Made by a program: the position numbers and the translations under genes
The notes under the pieces: model-generated
Told to the model about the DNA's origin: nothing
Database searches by the model: none
What the model saw: the letters and a program-made list of their open reading frames with translations, nothing else
Shown: in pieces, positions 10,804-23,095 of the stretch
Layout: each line of letters starts with the position of its first letter
How positions within the stretch are numbered: the first letter of the stretch is position 1
Assembly (NCBI RefSeq): GCF_006345805.1
Contig: NC_043007.1
Span: 2,976,001 to 3,040,000, forward strand
Direction of reading: 5' to 3'
DNA from: Octopus sinensis
Lineage: Eukaryota
DNA length: 64,000 bases

Positions 10804-13184
10804 TACATTTTATTTTGAAATTGTTTATTCCTTGTAGCAGCTCCAGGAAATGTCTTGTCACTGATGTTACCAGAGGTATTAACAATTATGATTAACTTCG
10901 GCATTGTGAACAAAAAGCAATGAGTGATCAGCTGTTCAATTGTGGTGCTGATCCGTTTTCACTCATCCGGTGGCTAAACGGAAACTTGAACCGTTGCTTT
11001 TTTGAGAAGAACACGTAAAAGAATACCTTTCTTGGGTCTCTTAATTCAACTGGCATTAATGCAATTCTGTAGCGTTTTACGAGATTTACACCCGCACCGT
11101 TTTTGGTGGGTGCTACACCGAGTTCGGGTTGAGGTGTGCGTAACAACCAACACCCAGCTGACCGGTAAAAAGCCCCTTTCTATTGTTGAAGCTTGTGTGA
11201 AATTGCTTACAATCGCAGCTATGAGAAAAATTCCAGTCTGTTGACAGTGTCCGAGCCATACCCATGTCCGGTTTGACTTTTTTCCCGTTAACTACATCAT
11301 CGATACTTTTTATCATTTTCCTCACGAATCAGAACTGGTCAAGGATTTCTCTAACAAACACTTTTAGCAAATGTTTGCATTTACCGTTTTGATCAGCTTC
11401 TTTTAGAAACCTCTCAACATACAGAAAAAAAAAATCTAGATTGGTCAGTCTATCCGTCGGAAAAAAAGGTCACAGGATTTTCCAAGTTCAGAAAACGATC
11501 TGAGTCAGCAGAAATCACAGATAACTACTTCGTTACTATTTGTACTTCAGGCAGACATTTCAAAACCTTCCCCTTTTCCGACTGCAGCTGGTTTTCAAAT
11601 TTATAAACCGATCCAACTCAAATGTCGCAATATATACAGTTTGCCTTTTACCAATATTGTATAACAAACAAGCAATTACTGTTTGTTTTCTGAATTTATT
11701 TAGTGAAAGGTCAGAACAACTATTGTAGACCAATTCTTAGAAGATTCATTTTTCATTGACTTACATCCGCCCTACTTCTTCCATGCTGGATAAATCCATT
11801 TAACTTTTTGTTGGCATTTCATAGATTTAAATTGTATCCATTCTTGTTTTATCTTACTGTTTTCCAATATATGTTGTTTTTAAATATGTGTTTGCATTTC
11901 AAATATATGCTATTTTCAAACACAAACAATACACACACACACAAATAAATCAATTGGTTTGATGCATTATAAAAAACACGTAACGCTACAGTAAGAGTCG
12001 TCAGTAACATTTAGTGTGGGCCTTCTACTACTAGTTTCAGAGTCCTTCTGGTAATTAACGTTTGGGTGTCTGATTTTTTTATATTATGGAGAGTATCTAT
12101 AAAACTATTGTTCCACATCACTTTTGTTATGCCACACGAAATCATACAACACATACGAAACTCAAACATCTAACAAAATTACAAAAGCCAATTCCTACAA
12201 AACAGGCAAAAAAATTAAAATAACCAACAACAGCGGGTGTCTCTTTCCATTCTCCATCGCAATGCCATCGCCATTTTGTCCGCTGGGTAAAGCCGAATCA
12301 CCGCTCAGCCTGAGGTGTAGAGTTTATCCCTCCTTCCCCTTCTACCTTTGTTTTGACCAATTTTACTTAATTTGCTTTTCGGGAGCAACCTTTTTGTCGA
12401 AAACGTATCTTGCGGTGAATTGCTCGAAATACGAAATAGAAAAACAGCCGGCAACTGATGAAGGGTGGGTATTTTAGGCTGCTTGTCTTGTTTTGCATTT
12501 GTTTCTTTCGTTGTTCGCAAAAAAGTTCGTATTCTAGGTTTTTGTATTTCATATTGTTTCCGTAATACATATTGCCTAAGTTCTGTGGTCTCATGTGCCT
12601 ATATATGCATGTGTATATACATATATATGTATTACAGATATGCATGTATGTATGCATATATATTTATATATTATTTATATTATTATATGATTGAACGCCA
12701 CGCATCCATTTCGAAGTAAGTTTTATATATATATATATTAGTTTTTGTTGCCTTCGTTTGTATGAAGACCAAGGTAAAGCTGCGCTAATAAGCATTACAA
12801 AATTCTGCAACGCAGGTATTTCATTTGGCAATTTAGCCTCGTTTAATACCGCTAGTTTAACAATAACAGAGGCAAAACTGGTTTCTGTAGGAATTGCTGT
12901 TAAATTCGATATATTCTGTCACTCTTGCTTGCCCGCGTGAGTATGATAGTTTTTAATTTACTGTGGTGTTTCCGTGTTCTATTGAACTGTTTGAACATTA
13001 TTTTCTTAAAATCTTACCGTTTTCTTTGTGCTGCAAATGTTTACGTTCTCGTGAAAATTTTCACGTTTCTGTTTTCTCGTTTGTTTCGTGTACTCATTGT
13101 GATATGATTTATCTTATGAAGGACGTATCGGTGTTGTCTGTTGGCCATTTTTAATTGAAAATGTAAGAACGGGAAAGATAAAAT

Positions 13185-13347
13185 ATATATGTATATAATG
13201 GCTGCAAAAGCAAAAGTTTATTTTTCTCTCAGATATCGCGAACAGATGTCAACACCAAGCTAAATGGTTTATTTTCACATAAAACTGGGGAAAAATTCGC
13301 TATCAACTCCTGGAAGGTAAATCAAAGTTGAAAGCGGCAAAGACACC
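13185..13347 (+). mobile_element. 3'-end fragment of an unidentified (TAA)n-associated repeat (copy 1)
   Basis: Shares CAACACC(A/T)AGCTAAATG..TTATTTT.ACATA.AACTGG and AAATCAAAGTTGA.AGC..CA.A.AC.C.TCT..TCG.TATAATAAT with 13690-13850. It runs directly into (TAA)n. Confidence 0.6.
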
Positions 13348-13355
13348 TCTACTCG

Positions 13356-13415
<60 letters not shown>

Positions 13416-13471
13416 GAACAATAATAGTAATAATAATAATGATAATAATAATAATAACAACAAGAACAATA

Positions 13472-13514
<43 letters not shown>

Positions 13515-13532
13515 CAACAAGAACAATAATTG

Positions 13533-13563
<31 letters not shown>

Positions 13564-13595
13564 TAATAATAATAATAATAACAACAAGAACAATA

Positions 13596-13650
<55 letters not shown>

Positions 13651-13994
13651 CAACAAGAACAATAATAGTAATAATAATAATAATGATAAATGTCATAATG
13701 CATTTTTTTTGTTTCAGGCATCAAGAATGGGTGCCAACACCTAGCTAAATGACTTATTTTTACATAGAACTGGAAATAAATCAGTTTTTTAATGTCCTCT
13801 AAGACAAATCAAAGTTGACAGCAACAGAAACACTTCTGTTCGTTATAATAATGATATTGATGATTATAATGATGATGATGATGATGATGATGATAACATC
13901 ATCATCATCATCAACAACAACAATAATGATAATGATAATGATAACAATAGTAGTGGTAGTAGCAGTACTAATGGTAGTAGTAGTAGTAGTAGTG

Positions 13995-14042
<48 letters not shown>

Positions 14043-14200
14043 TAGTAGTAGTAGTAGTAGTAGTAGTAATAATAATAATAGTAATAATAATAATAGTAGT
14101 AATAATAATATTAATAATAATAATAATAATAATAATAATGATAATAAAGATAATAATAATAATGATGATGATGATGATGATGATAATAATAATAATAATG

Positions 14201-14246
<46 letters not shown>

Positions 14247-14305
14247 TAATTATTATTATTATTATTATTATTATTATCATTATATATGATAATAATAATA
14301 ATATA
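13348..14305. repeat. Compound (TAA)n/(GAT)n/(GTA)n trinucleotide array
   Basis: Direct reading; interrupted by the unique insert at 13690-13850. Confidence 0.95.
13690..13850 (+). mobile_element. 3'-end fragment of an unidentified (TAA)n-associated repeat (copy 2)
   Basis: Homologous to 13185-13347; embedded between (TAA)n tracts. Confidence 0.6.
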
Positions 14306-14314
14306 AAATATCTA

Positions 14315-15620
14315 GGGTATTTGAAGGAAAGGGAATCAAACATTCAGTGATGAGGGAAAGGATCAGAAGAGAATGTTATCTCAGGGTGAGAGCAATACTC
14401 AAGACAGAGCTGAATGCGAGAAACAGCCTCGAAGCGATCAATGATTTAGCCATACCAGTCGTGACTTACAGTTTCAATATTATTAACTGGTCAATTACTG
14501 AAATATGTAATCTTGACAGAAAAATACGAAAACCGTTGACAATGCATAGAATACACCACCCTAAGGCAGATATAGAAGAACTTTATCTGCCAAGAAAAGT
14601 GGGAGGCCGTGGACTTCTACAAGTGGAATTAACAATGAATATTGCCACACTGGGCCTAGACACCTACCTGAAAAACTCTGAGGACTGGATGTTAAATCTT
14701 GTCACAAAAGATGAAAACAAGAAAGTCTCATACTCTGTAACAAAACAGGCATAGGAATATCTAAGTGAATTCCAAATACAACAAATTTCGGAATTAGACA
14801 TACGAGAAACAAGCGCAGAAAAAGCTAAGCGAATGAAAACCCGTGCTAAAATTGCTGCCTTAGATATTCTGACTTATAAATGGCAAGAAAAACATCTCTA
14901 TGGCAAATACCAAAAGAGAGCTAATAATGCCGATGTTGACAAAGCCCTTACTCATCAATAGTTAATGACTTGTGGCTTAAAATCAGGAACAGAAGGCTTT
15001 ATCATAGCAGCTCCAGATCAATGCCTACCTACAAGGAACTACCAGGCCAACATATTAAAGAATGGCAGCTTCCCAATATGTCGTGTATGTCAACAACAAA
15101 ATGAAACCATTGATCATGTTGTCTCCAAGTGCAGTCTTCTTGCGCCAACAGAATATCTCAACAAGCATGATGGAACTACACAATAGATTCACTGGGTAAT
15201 TTGCAAAACCCTGGACCTGCTCTATGATAAAAATGGTGGGAACACAAACCACCTCCAGTGCTTGAAAATTATCACATCGAACTTCACCATTCAAGCCATC
15301 AAATGATAGATGCAAATAGGCCAGATAATATATTGAAAGACTTCAGACAAAAATCATGCCTCCTCATTGATATGACTGTCCCAATCGATATAAACGTATC
15401 TGTCAAGACCTACCAAAAACTGAGCAAGTATAAAGATCTTGAAATAGAAATTAGCAAAATGTGGAATCTGAAGACTAAAACAATACCTGTTGTCGTAGGT
15501 GACCTATTAATGCTAGGAAAAGGGGCTGTTTGCTAACTAGCTCAGATACCAGGAAGCACCAAGAGTGCTCTTGGGAACTGCCCATATCCTAGGTAAAATA
15601 CTATGTAATCTCAAATTTTA
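14315..15620 (+). mobile_element. 5'-truncated R4/Dong-clade LINE relic (end of RT, CCHC knuckle, restriction-like endonuclease)
   Basis: ORF pieces KYLG...ELNARNSLEAINDLAIPVVTYSF...HHPKADIEELYLPRKVGGRGL; CRVCQQQNETIDHVVSKC (CCHC); RPDNIL...LIDMTVP...KLSKYKDL...MWNLKTKTIPVVVG (PD-D-K endonuclease). Multiple stops and frameshifts. Confidence 0.9.
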
Positions 15621-15624
15621 TCTC

Positions 15625-15775
15625 AAAATTGCACTACTATGAACAGCACACATCCTACGTAAAACACTTTGAATACAGTACCCATAAGATCAGCATCACA
15701 GCAAACCACAGCACATACCCAAGGCACACAGAGCTGCGCTCGTTAGTGCAGTTAAAGCACGTTATAAAAAATAAA
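15625..15775 (+). mobile_element. 3' end of a second R4/Dong-like family
   Basis: CACACATCCTACGTAAAAC...CAAACCACAGCACATACCCAAGGCACACAGAGCTGCGCTCG.TAGTGCAG matches the 3' end of the minus-strand element at 44085-44230. Confidence 0.8.
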
Positions 15776-15780
15776 ACTAC

Positions 15781-16240
15781 TGAAGAAGAAGTAGAAGAAG
15801 AAGAAGAAGAAGAAGAAGAAGAAAACGAAGAAGAAGAAGGAGACGAAGAAGAAAAAAACAACAACAACAACAACAAGAAGAGAGGAGGAGAAGAAGAAGA
15901 AGAAGAAGAAGAAGAAGAAGAACAACAACAACAACAACAACAACAACAAGAGGAGAAGAAGAAAAGAAGAAGAAGAAGAAGAAGAAAGAAGAAGAAAGAA
16001 GAAGAAGAAGACGAAGAAGAAGAAGAAGAAGAAGAAGAAGAAAAGAAGAAGAAGAAGAAGAAGAAGAAGAAGAAGAAGAAGAAGAAGAAGAAGACGAAGA
16101 AGAAGAAGAAGAAGAAGAAGAAGAAAAGAAGAAGAAGAGAAGACGAAGAAGAAGAAGAAGAAGAAGAAGAAGAAGAAGAAGAAGAAGAAGAAGAAGAAGA
16201 AGAAAAGAAGAAGAGAAGAAGAAGAAGAAGAAGAAGGAGA
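15781..16240. repeat. (GAA)n array with (CAA)n interruptions
   Basis: Direct reading. Confidence 0.95.
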
Positions 16241-16500
16241 GTTAAAAATGAGAAAAGATAAAGATTGAGCAGAAAATTAAACAAAAATATCAGCCACGCC
16301 TCTGACGGTTATAAATATAATATATTAACGAACTGTAAACGCCAAAAAGTGATAAAAATGCTGGAGAGCAACTACATAAATACTGCGTTGTTTGAGTTTG
16401 AAATTTATTGATTTTATGTTTGTACTGCAAGGCTTTCGTGTATTACTTGTCAACAATCTAACGGAAGGGTCAGAGGCAACTTACTGTAAACGTAAAAATA

Positions 16501-16903
16501 GGCGCAGGAGTGGCTGTGTGGTAAGTAGCTTGCTAACCAACCACATGGTTCCGGGTTCAGTCCCACTGCGTGGCATCTTGGGCAAGTGTCTTGTACTATA
16601 GCCCCGGGCCGACCAATGCCTTGTGAGTGGATTTGGTAGACGGAAACTGAAAGAAGCCTGTCGTATATATATATATATGTATGTGTGTGTGTTTGTGTGT
16701 CTGTTTGTTCCCCTAGCATTGCTTGACAACCGATGCTGGTGTGTTTACGTCCCCGTCACTTAGCAGTTCGGCAAAAAGAGACCGATAGAATAAGTACTGG
16801 GCTTACAAAAAGAATAAGTCCCGGGGTCGAGTTGCTCGACTAAAGGCGGTGCTCCAGCATGGCCGCAGTCAAATGACTGAAACAAGTAAAAGAGTAAAAG
16901 AGT
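16501..16903 (+). mobile_element. SINE family A, full length (tRNA-like head, CORE-like box, internal (TA)/(TG) tract, (TAAAAGAG)n tail)
   Basis: GGCGCAGGAGTGGCTGTGTGGTAAG...GGGTTCAGTCCC...CTTGGGCAAGTGTCTT...GGCGGTGCTCCAGCATGGCCGCAGTC...GTAAAAGAGTAAAAGAG. Near-identical copies lie at 36456, 56707, 60400 and 62227. Confidence 0.92.
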
Positions 16904-17464
16904 ATACTAATGAAGTCAGCGAAAAAGTAACGACAGTAACGAAAAGGTGCAAGGATGAACATGTATGTATTGCACCGATTTATTTTATGGTTTATTTAGT
17001 TTTAGCTCATCTAATTAATGTATTACAACTGGCTGAACTAACCGGCTTATGGCTACAACGTGTAATGACATGACCGGTTGAGTTTATGGATAAATAAACT
17101 GCTAAACGGATATGTTCGAAATGGCCGAATTGTAGCTGTGTGACTAATACACTGTTTTAGTTCGACAATTATTGATCTTTATCTGACGTAATTAAAGCAT
17201 TGGACAGTTTTTTTCTGCAGTCTGATTTCCAGCTGAAAACGATTCATTCATCCTATCGCCCAAAATATCAACCAATGGGAATGCAAATGTGTTACGCACA
17301 AGCCATGATTATAAAGGGGCATAAACATCTCGATAAACTGAACAGAATGGAAATACGGAGAGAAAAATCTCATCTCGGTGGTGAAAACCTGAGGCGGAAA
17401 TATTCCCGATTGCGGCAGAGGATCAAAATCTCCTTGTAAGATACCACTAAAACATATCTTTTAT

Positions 17465-17810
17465 TTTTTACTTGTTTCAGCTATTGGACTGCGGCCATGT
17501 TGTGGCACAGCGTTCAAAGGTTTTAGTCGAAAAAAAATCCACTCGCGCACTTTTTAAAGTATGGTACTAATTCTATCTGTTTGGTCAAACTGCTAAATTA
17601 TGAGAACATAAACAACCAGTTGGGGTTCATATTTAGACACAAACATATTCACACACATACACGTATGTACCTGAGTCTTCCACAGTTTACTTCTACGGAA
17701 AAATTCAATCGCACCGTATTGTTCGACCCAAGAAGACACTTGCCCAAGGAGTTATGCAATCGGACTGAACCCGAAACCACAAAGCTGCAAAGCAACGTTC
17801 TTAATCATAG
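17465..17810 (-). mobile_element. Degenerate family A SINE
   Basis: CTTGTTTCAGCTATTGGACTGCGGCCATG (tail) and AAGACACTTGCCCAAGG...GACTGAACCCG (head) on the minus strand. Confidence 0.6.
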
Positions 17811-17905
17811 ATTAATGCTAGTGCTTATATACAAACAGGTATAAAAGATTCAGTGCAGAATATCAGGTGAAGTATATTATTTTGGTTGCCCAATCTTCTC
17901 CTATG

Positions 17906-18078
17906 CTGTTCTATATTTAAGAGATGAGGAATTATTTACATTATTTACATTATTTACATTTGACGGATATTTGTCCTCATCTTTTTGTTGTTAACACAAC
18001 GTTTCGGCTGATATACCCTCCAGCCTTCATCAGGTGTCTTGGGGGAATTTCAAACCTGGGTTCTCATTCCTAAGGTAT
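17906..18078 (-). mobile_element. Headless copy of the hammerhead-tailed element (family H2)
   Basis: The reverse complement aligns with 34615-34775, including (ATGTAAATA)n and the ATTCCTCATCTCTTAAATATAGAAC end. Confidence 0.88.
17993..18040 (-). ncRNA. Minimal type I hammerhead ribozyme, intact core (family H2)
   Basis: Minus strand AA-GACAC-CUGAUGA-A-GGCUG(GAGGGUAUAU)CAGCC-GAAA-CG-UU-GUGUU. Stem I is GACAC/GUGUU, stem II is 5 bp, stem III is palindromic (ACGU) and the triplet is GUU. Confidence 0.8.
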
Positions 18079-18654
18079 ATCTTTCAGCACGGCTCTAGCA
18101 TGGCTCCAACATGGCTCCAGCATGGCTCCAACATGGCTCCAGCATGGCTGCGGTCCGAAGACCGAAACATGTGAAAAAAAAAAAAAGAAAACGACTGATA
18201 TCACTGACCAGCCAACAAGATGCCAATCGCGGCGGTGATGGTCGTGAGGAATATATTTTTGACATACGTTTCAATATGAATCATTGACAGTGTGCACGCA
18301 CTTTGGCCTACTTCATATTTAACATAATCTACTGAAACATTTTTAGATAATTAATATCAAATTAACTCACACAAATTACATTATACAGAATTAAAAGTGA
18401 ATTATGTGCAGGAGCAAATATAAGAAAACGCAAGGTCAGTTAATAGCAATTTGGTTAATAATGATTTTTCAATGCAATGTTTATAATCTTTGTAAAGAAA
18501 GCCAATATAACATAAATGATACTTCAAATCTTAAACTAATGGAGTTTCTGGATATGAATAATATATAACACTGAGAGTACTTGAAAAGTTGAAGTAATAT
18601 GTGTACTGAAGACAGTCAAAATATATGTGTATATATGTATATATATACTTGTGG

Positions 18655-18655
18655 G

Positions 18656-18747
<92 letters not shown>

Positions 18748-18761
18748 CATCTATCCATCTG

Positions 18762-18793
<32 letters not shown>

Positions 18794-18851
18794 CTATCTA
18801 TCTATCTATCTATCTATCTCTATCTATCTATCTCTATCTATCTATCTATCC

Positions 18852-18923
<72 letters not shown>

Positions 18924-18960
18924 GTCAATCTATCTATCTCTCTATCCTATCTATCCATAA
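18655..18960. repeat. (TATC)n array
   Basis: Direct reading. Confidence 0.95.
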
Positions 18961-18992
18961 ATTTATCTCCCCTTCTTTTTCTCTCTCTCACT

Positions 18993-19320
18993 GCGCATGG
19001 CTCAGTGACTAGAGCGTCGGGCTCACAATCATGAGATAGTGAGTTCGATTCCGGAACCTGACTGTGTGTTGTGATCTTGAGCAAGACACTTTATTTCATG
19101 CTGCTACATTTCACTCAGTCGTAAAAATGAGCTGCGACGTCACTGTCGCCAAGCTGTAGTGGCCTCTGTATTTCCCTTATTCGATGGCACGGAAACGGGG
19201 AGTTGGTGTGCATGGGCGAGTGTTGGTCTTCCATAAACAACCTTGCCCGGACTTGTGCCTCGTAGGGAACTTTCCTGGTTAAGTCCCACGGCCATTCATA
19301 ACCGAAGGGGGTCTTTACCT
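18993..19320 (+). mobile_element. tRNA-derived SINE with family C-type head and CORE-like box, different 3' half
   Basis: TGGCTCAGTGACTAGAGCG...GAGTTCGATTCC...CTTGAGCAAGACACTTTATTTCA...CACTCAG, then sequence unlike 306-480. Confidence 0.75.
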
Positions 19321-20295
19321 ATATGTATACATATATATATATGCACACATACATATATGTATTTCTATAGACGTATGTATATATAATTATGAACACACAC
19401 ACACACACACAACACACACACACACATATATATATATAATATATATATATATACTCTTGGCAATCAGTTGAATGATTCTGTTAAAATGCACTTTGTTAAT
19501 TATATGAAGCTCCATATAGGCGTGTATAGAAAATACAAATGACTTGATAATTGATCAACAAAATTTATTAACCAATGCATCAAATACAGTTCGTCCCGTA
19601 TCGACATTAGACTGTAAATTCTATTAGAATGTCTTGGGCTATACAACTCCTTTCGAAAGTAAGTAACGTTGCTAACTATCGATAATCAAACCTGGAAATA
19701 GAAAGGATAGAAAAATTCACCGAGAACTAAAATGTTCAAGTTGTAGTTTACATAGAGAAACAAATAATGACAGATGTATTGCTTATACATATATTAACCA
19801 GATGGATTACATAAGCAGGTGGATTATATGTGTGGACTAAGATTCCCGTTGACAGGTCGCTGGTATTTATAGAATGTTAAGCACTTTCGGATTGTAAATT
19901 ATGGACTCCTTCATAGGAGTATCTGTTGCATTTGTGGAGCATATAAACATTGTTTCTCTGTATATTTGTAGAATACTGAAGACACGCATTTTCCATCTAT
20001 ATACATTATAGTTTTTCAAATCCACTGCGCAAGCGCAGCTACAACAGTAGCAAATAAAAATTGCGTGCCGAAAATCTTCAAAATTACGACAAATTTGATT
20101 ATGAAAATATTAAGGGGAGAATATTTAGAGAAATATTCTACCGGTAGCAGCTTGCATCATAAAGTCAATAGAAAACATGTTTTTCATATAAATTAGTGTC
20201 CCTGACAGGACACCTTACATGAGTAAAAGGGCAGTTAAAGCCCAAAACATAGATAAGTGTAAATTCAAATAGAATGAAAAATAAATATATATAAT

Positions 20296-20420
<125 letters not shown>

Positions 20421-22988
20421 GATGGGATTGTGCATAATTTCTGTGTAACAATTTTACTCGCTACAGTAGAAAAGTCTTACCGAAATTTCTACGCAGTAGA
20501 ACGAAACCTGGAATCCTGCTATTGCATGGCGAATTTCTTCAGCTAACCATTTCTACGCCTACAGAAAACGTAAACTTTAAACAATGTTTCATTTCATTTC
20601 ATTAAACAAAATTTTTAGTAAAATTTTTTAAACTTCCATTATGAATATTTGAATAGAAATGTTATTTTCAACGTTCATGTTTCTCAAAAATCCTCTTCTT
20701 TTCTTCTTTCTCTTATTCACACTCCCACCCTCTCTCACTCTCTCTCGTTCTCCCTCTCTGTCTCTTTCTGTTTATCTCCTTTCTCTCTCTCCGTCACTCT
20801 CTTCCTTCTCTCTCTCTCTCTCCACTCACTGTTGTCACACCTCCGTTTTCCTATTTCCGTCTTAGACATATTCTCCATCTTTTGCCACTTCCGCCCACAA
20901 GTGTAACTCGCGCTTATTTCCACTGATATCACAATATTGATATGAAAATTATATTTTTAAAGAAATGGGTATGATATTGCTTACGTGTAGCGTATAAAAT
21001 TAGTTACACTTATCATTAGTATAACCTAAAATTTCTTCTCATAAATGAGTAAACTGTATCAAAATCATATTATAATAATGTAAGTTATCTCTTCATCTGT
21101 TTCTTTCAATACTTCTAATCAACGATTCAAAAGTATTATGCTAATTTTCCCATTTCCTGTACATATATCAGTTGTATATGTTTCTACATTTCTTTAAGTT
21201 TGGGGAATGTTACATTCAATATTATTGTCTTATTTACAAGGGAAAAAAAACGAGAATAATATTTAATTTTTCTCATCTACGAGAAAAAACTTGCTTGACA
21301 ACAGTACTTCTGCCAGTGACCATAAAATTACTTCAAATGCTAAAAGTAATAAATGTTTGTTTTATTACTGCAAACCTGTATCAAATCTTTACAATATTTC
21401 GCAAATCATCGAATGGTCTTGAATTTGAAATAGTTGCCGTCTAGACAAGAAATTAAATTTTCAAAGATTCGCAGATAATTACTGCCTAGTGTCCAGGCTT
21501 GACCCCTAATACTAAAATATTATGGCCATATTTTATTAATATTCACAGTTTCCGATTTGAAGTATCACTAGGCTTATATTGTCTATCGTTACTATATTTA
21601 TTAGTTTTGAATTGAAAGTTATTATTACTCGCTTAACTAAGTTACCATTAGACTGAGATTGCTTTGTTATATTTGCTTGTGTGTAGAACTTAGTTTTCTA
21701 TAATTTAATTTGATGGCATTTATTTGATATTAACTGTGCAATACTGAGCGGGTTCGGTGTATTAAGAGTCCGAAAAGGAAACAATACAATTTTGACAGAA
21801 TTACAGATCTATTTGTTATTTGTGTTAGAAATGAAAACACTTTTAACTTATTAAGCCCGTCATACTAAGAAACAAAAACGAATTAGAATCGCCGAGGACG
21901 CCTCGACACACTAGCTGGACCGAGGTTATAGTAATCAAATATAGCTAAAATTACACTCTATCTTCATAAAAATGAAGAACACTGGACAATTTAGTTTTTG
22001 TATCATAAAAAATAGACGAGCATTGCTGTAGTTGGAAAACTCTTAATCATAGGTGTGTTAAAAAAATGTCCTATTTTGTAGCTTAATCGCAACAAAATCG
22101 AACAATATCTCTTGAAACTGTTGAAAGGGGGAAGAGAATATCTGACGATCGGAAGGTAACCGAAAGAAGTGAGATAAGTTTCCATGAAAGTGCCGATATT
22201 TCTTATCCTCAGCCACTGACAAATAAAGTTTATGCTATTTCTCATTTCAGAATTAATCCGTGGATTTGTGCCTATAAAGTAACTAAGTAACTATGAGAAT
22301 CCTTCAATAAAACCATAAAATACTTATCAGGCTGTTTTGCAGCAATACATATTACCGTCCATTTTGTTTTGACCTTTCAAATCGCATCTGTTTTGCTAGT
22401 TATCTTTCTGGTGGCAACGAAACAACAACCATTTCATTTTAAGGTTCATACGATCAAAGCTATGATTTCCTTCGAGAATGCATAGTCTTATGTGCGTAAT
22501 GAAAATCATATTATCCTAAAAATACAGCAAGGTAATCGGCGCTGGTTTAGTTTTTAATGACATTGGTTATTAGAAAATGTGTATCGCAAGATGGTTTCTC
22601 CATTGGCATTTTTTTAATGAGAGTAGTGTTATGTATCAGTCAAGTTGAATGAATACTTGACGGGAAACTAAAGCATAAAACAAGTCAATTTTTTTATATC
22701 AGTTCTGTAAGGTAACCAATTTACTGAAAATAGAATCGTGGTTGTGTTGTTGGAGATTTACTGCCATTATTCTGTTATATATTTAAGCATCACTTGTAGA
22801 TGTTTATAAATTGCTTCAAGATTAGAACTTTTAAGTTTCTTATTGAACCGGGTGTGGCGAAAATAGGTCTATTGTGTATATTTGGAAATTTCACTTCGAG
22901 TATAACTTATTTTCATTGTCGTTTTTTTTCTTCATAAATGGTAATTTCTACTTTTTAGGTTTTTAGAAGATAAAGTCATATATATTTT

Positions 22989-23095
22989 GTTGTTTCTGGG
23001 GAGAGTCATTTCTTTTCGCGCCTTATAACGTAAATTTTACCAGTGAGTGTGTTACGTTAAGGCACAAAAAGAAAATGACTCTCCCCAGACACAAC
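22989..23095. repeat. Imperfect ~45-bp inverted repeat (MITE-like hairpin)
   Basis: GTTGTTTCTGGGGAGAGTCATTTCTTTTCGCGCCTTATAACGTAA versus the reverse complement of GTTACGTTAAGGCACAAAAAGAAAATGACTCTCCCCAGACACAAC. Confidence 0.75.

Noticed and set aside
12455-12480. CTGATGAAGGG motif as a hammerhead (also CTGATGA at ~9090, ~26097 and ~52546)
   Set aside because: No GAAA or stems follow at the required spacing.
12760-13150. Possible Helitron-like coding relic on the minus strand
   Set aside because: Only vague resemblance in short translated stretches; no diagnostic Rep or helicase motif is visible.
13348-13688. CRISPR-like or coding repeat array
   Set aside because: The recurring blocks are separated by simple (AAT)n, not unique spacers; the context is eukaryotic and there are no cas genes.
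15629-16261. 210-aa Glu/Lys-rich protein
   Set aside because: It is (GAA)n read-through starting inside a LINE 3' end.
22142-22170. Possible hammerhead CUGACGA...GAAA
   Set aside because: No stem II closing pair adjacent to GAAA, and no stem I or III complementarity.
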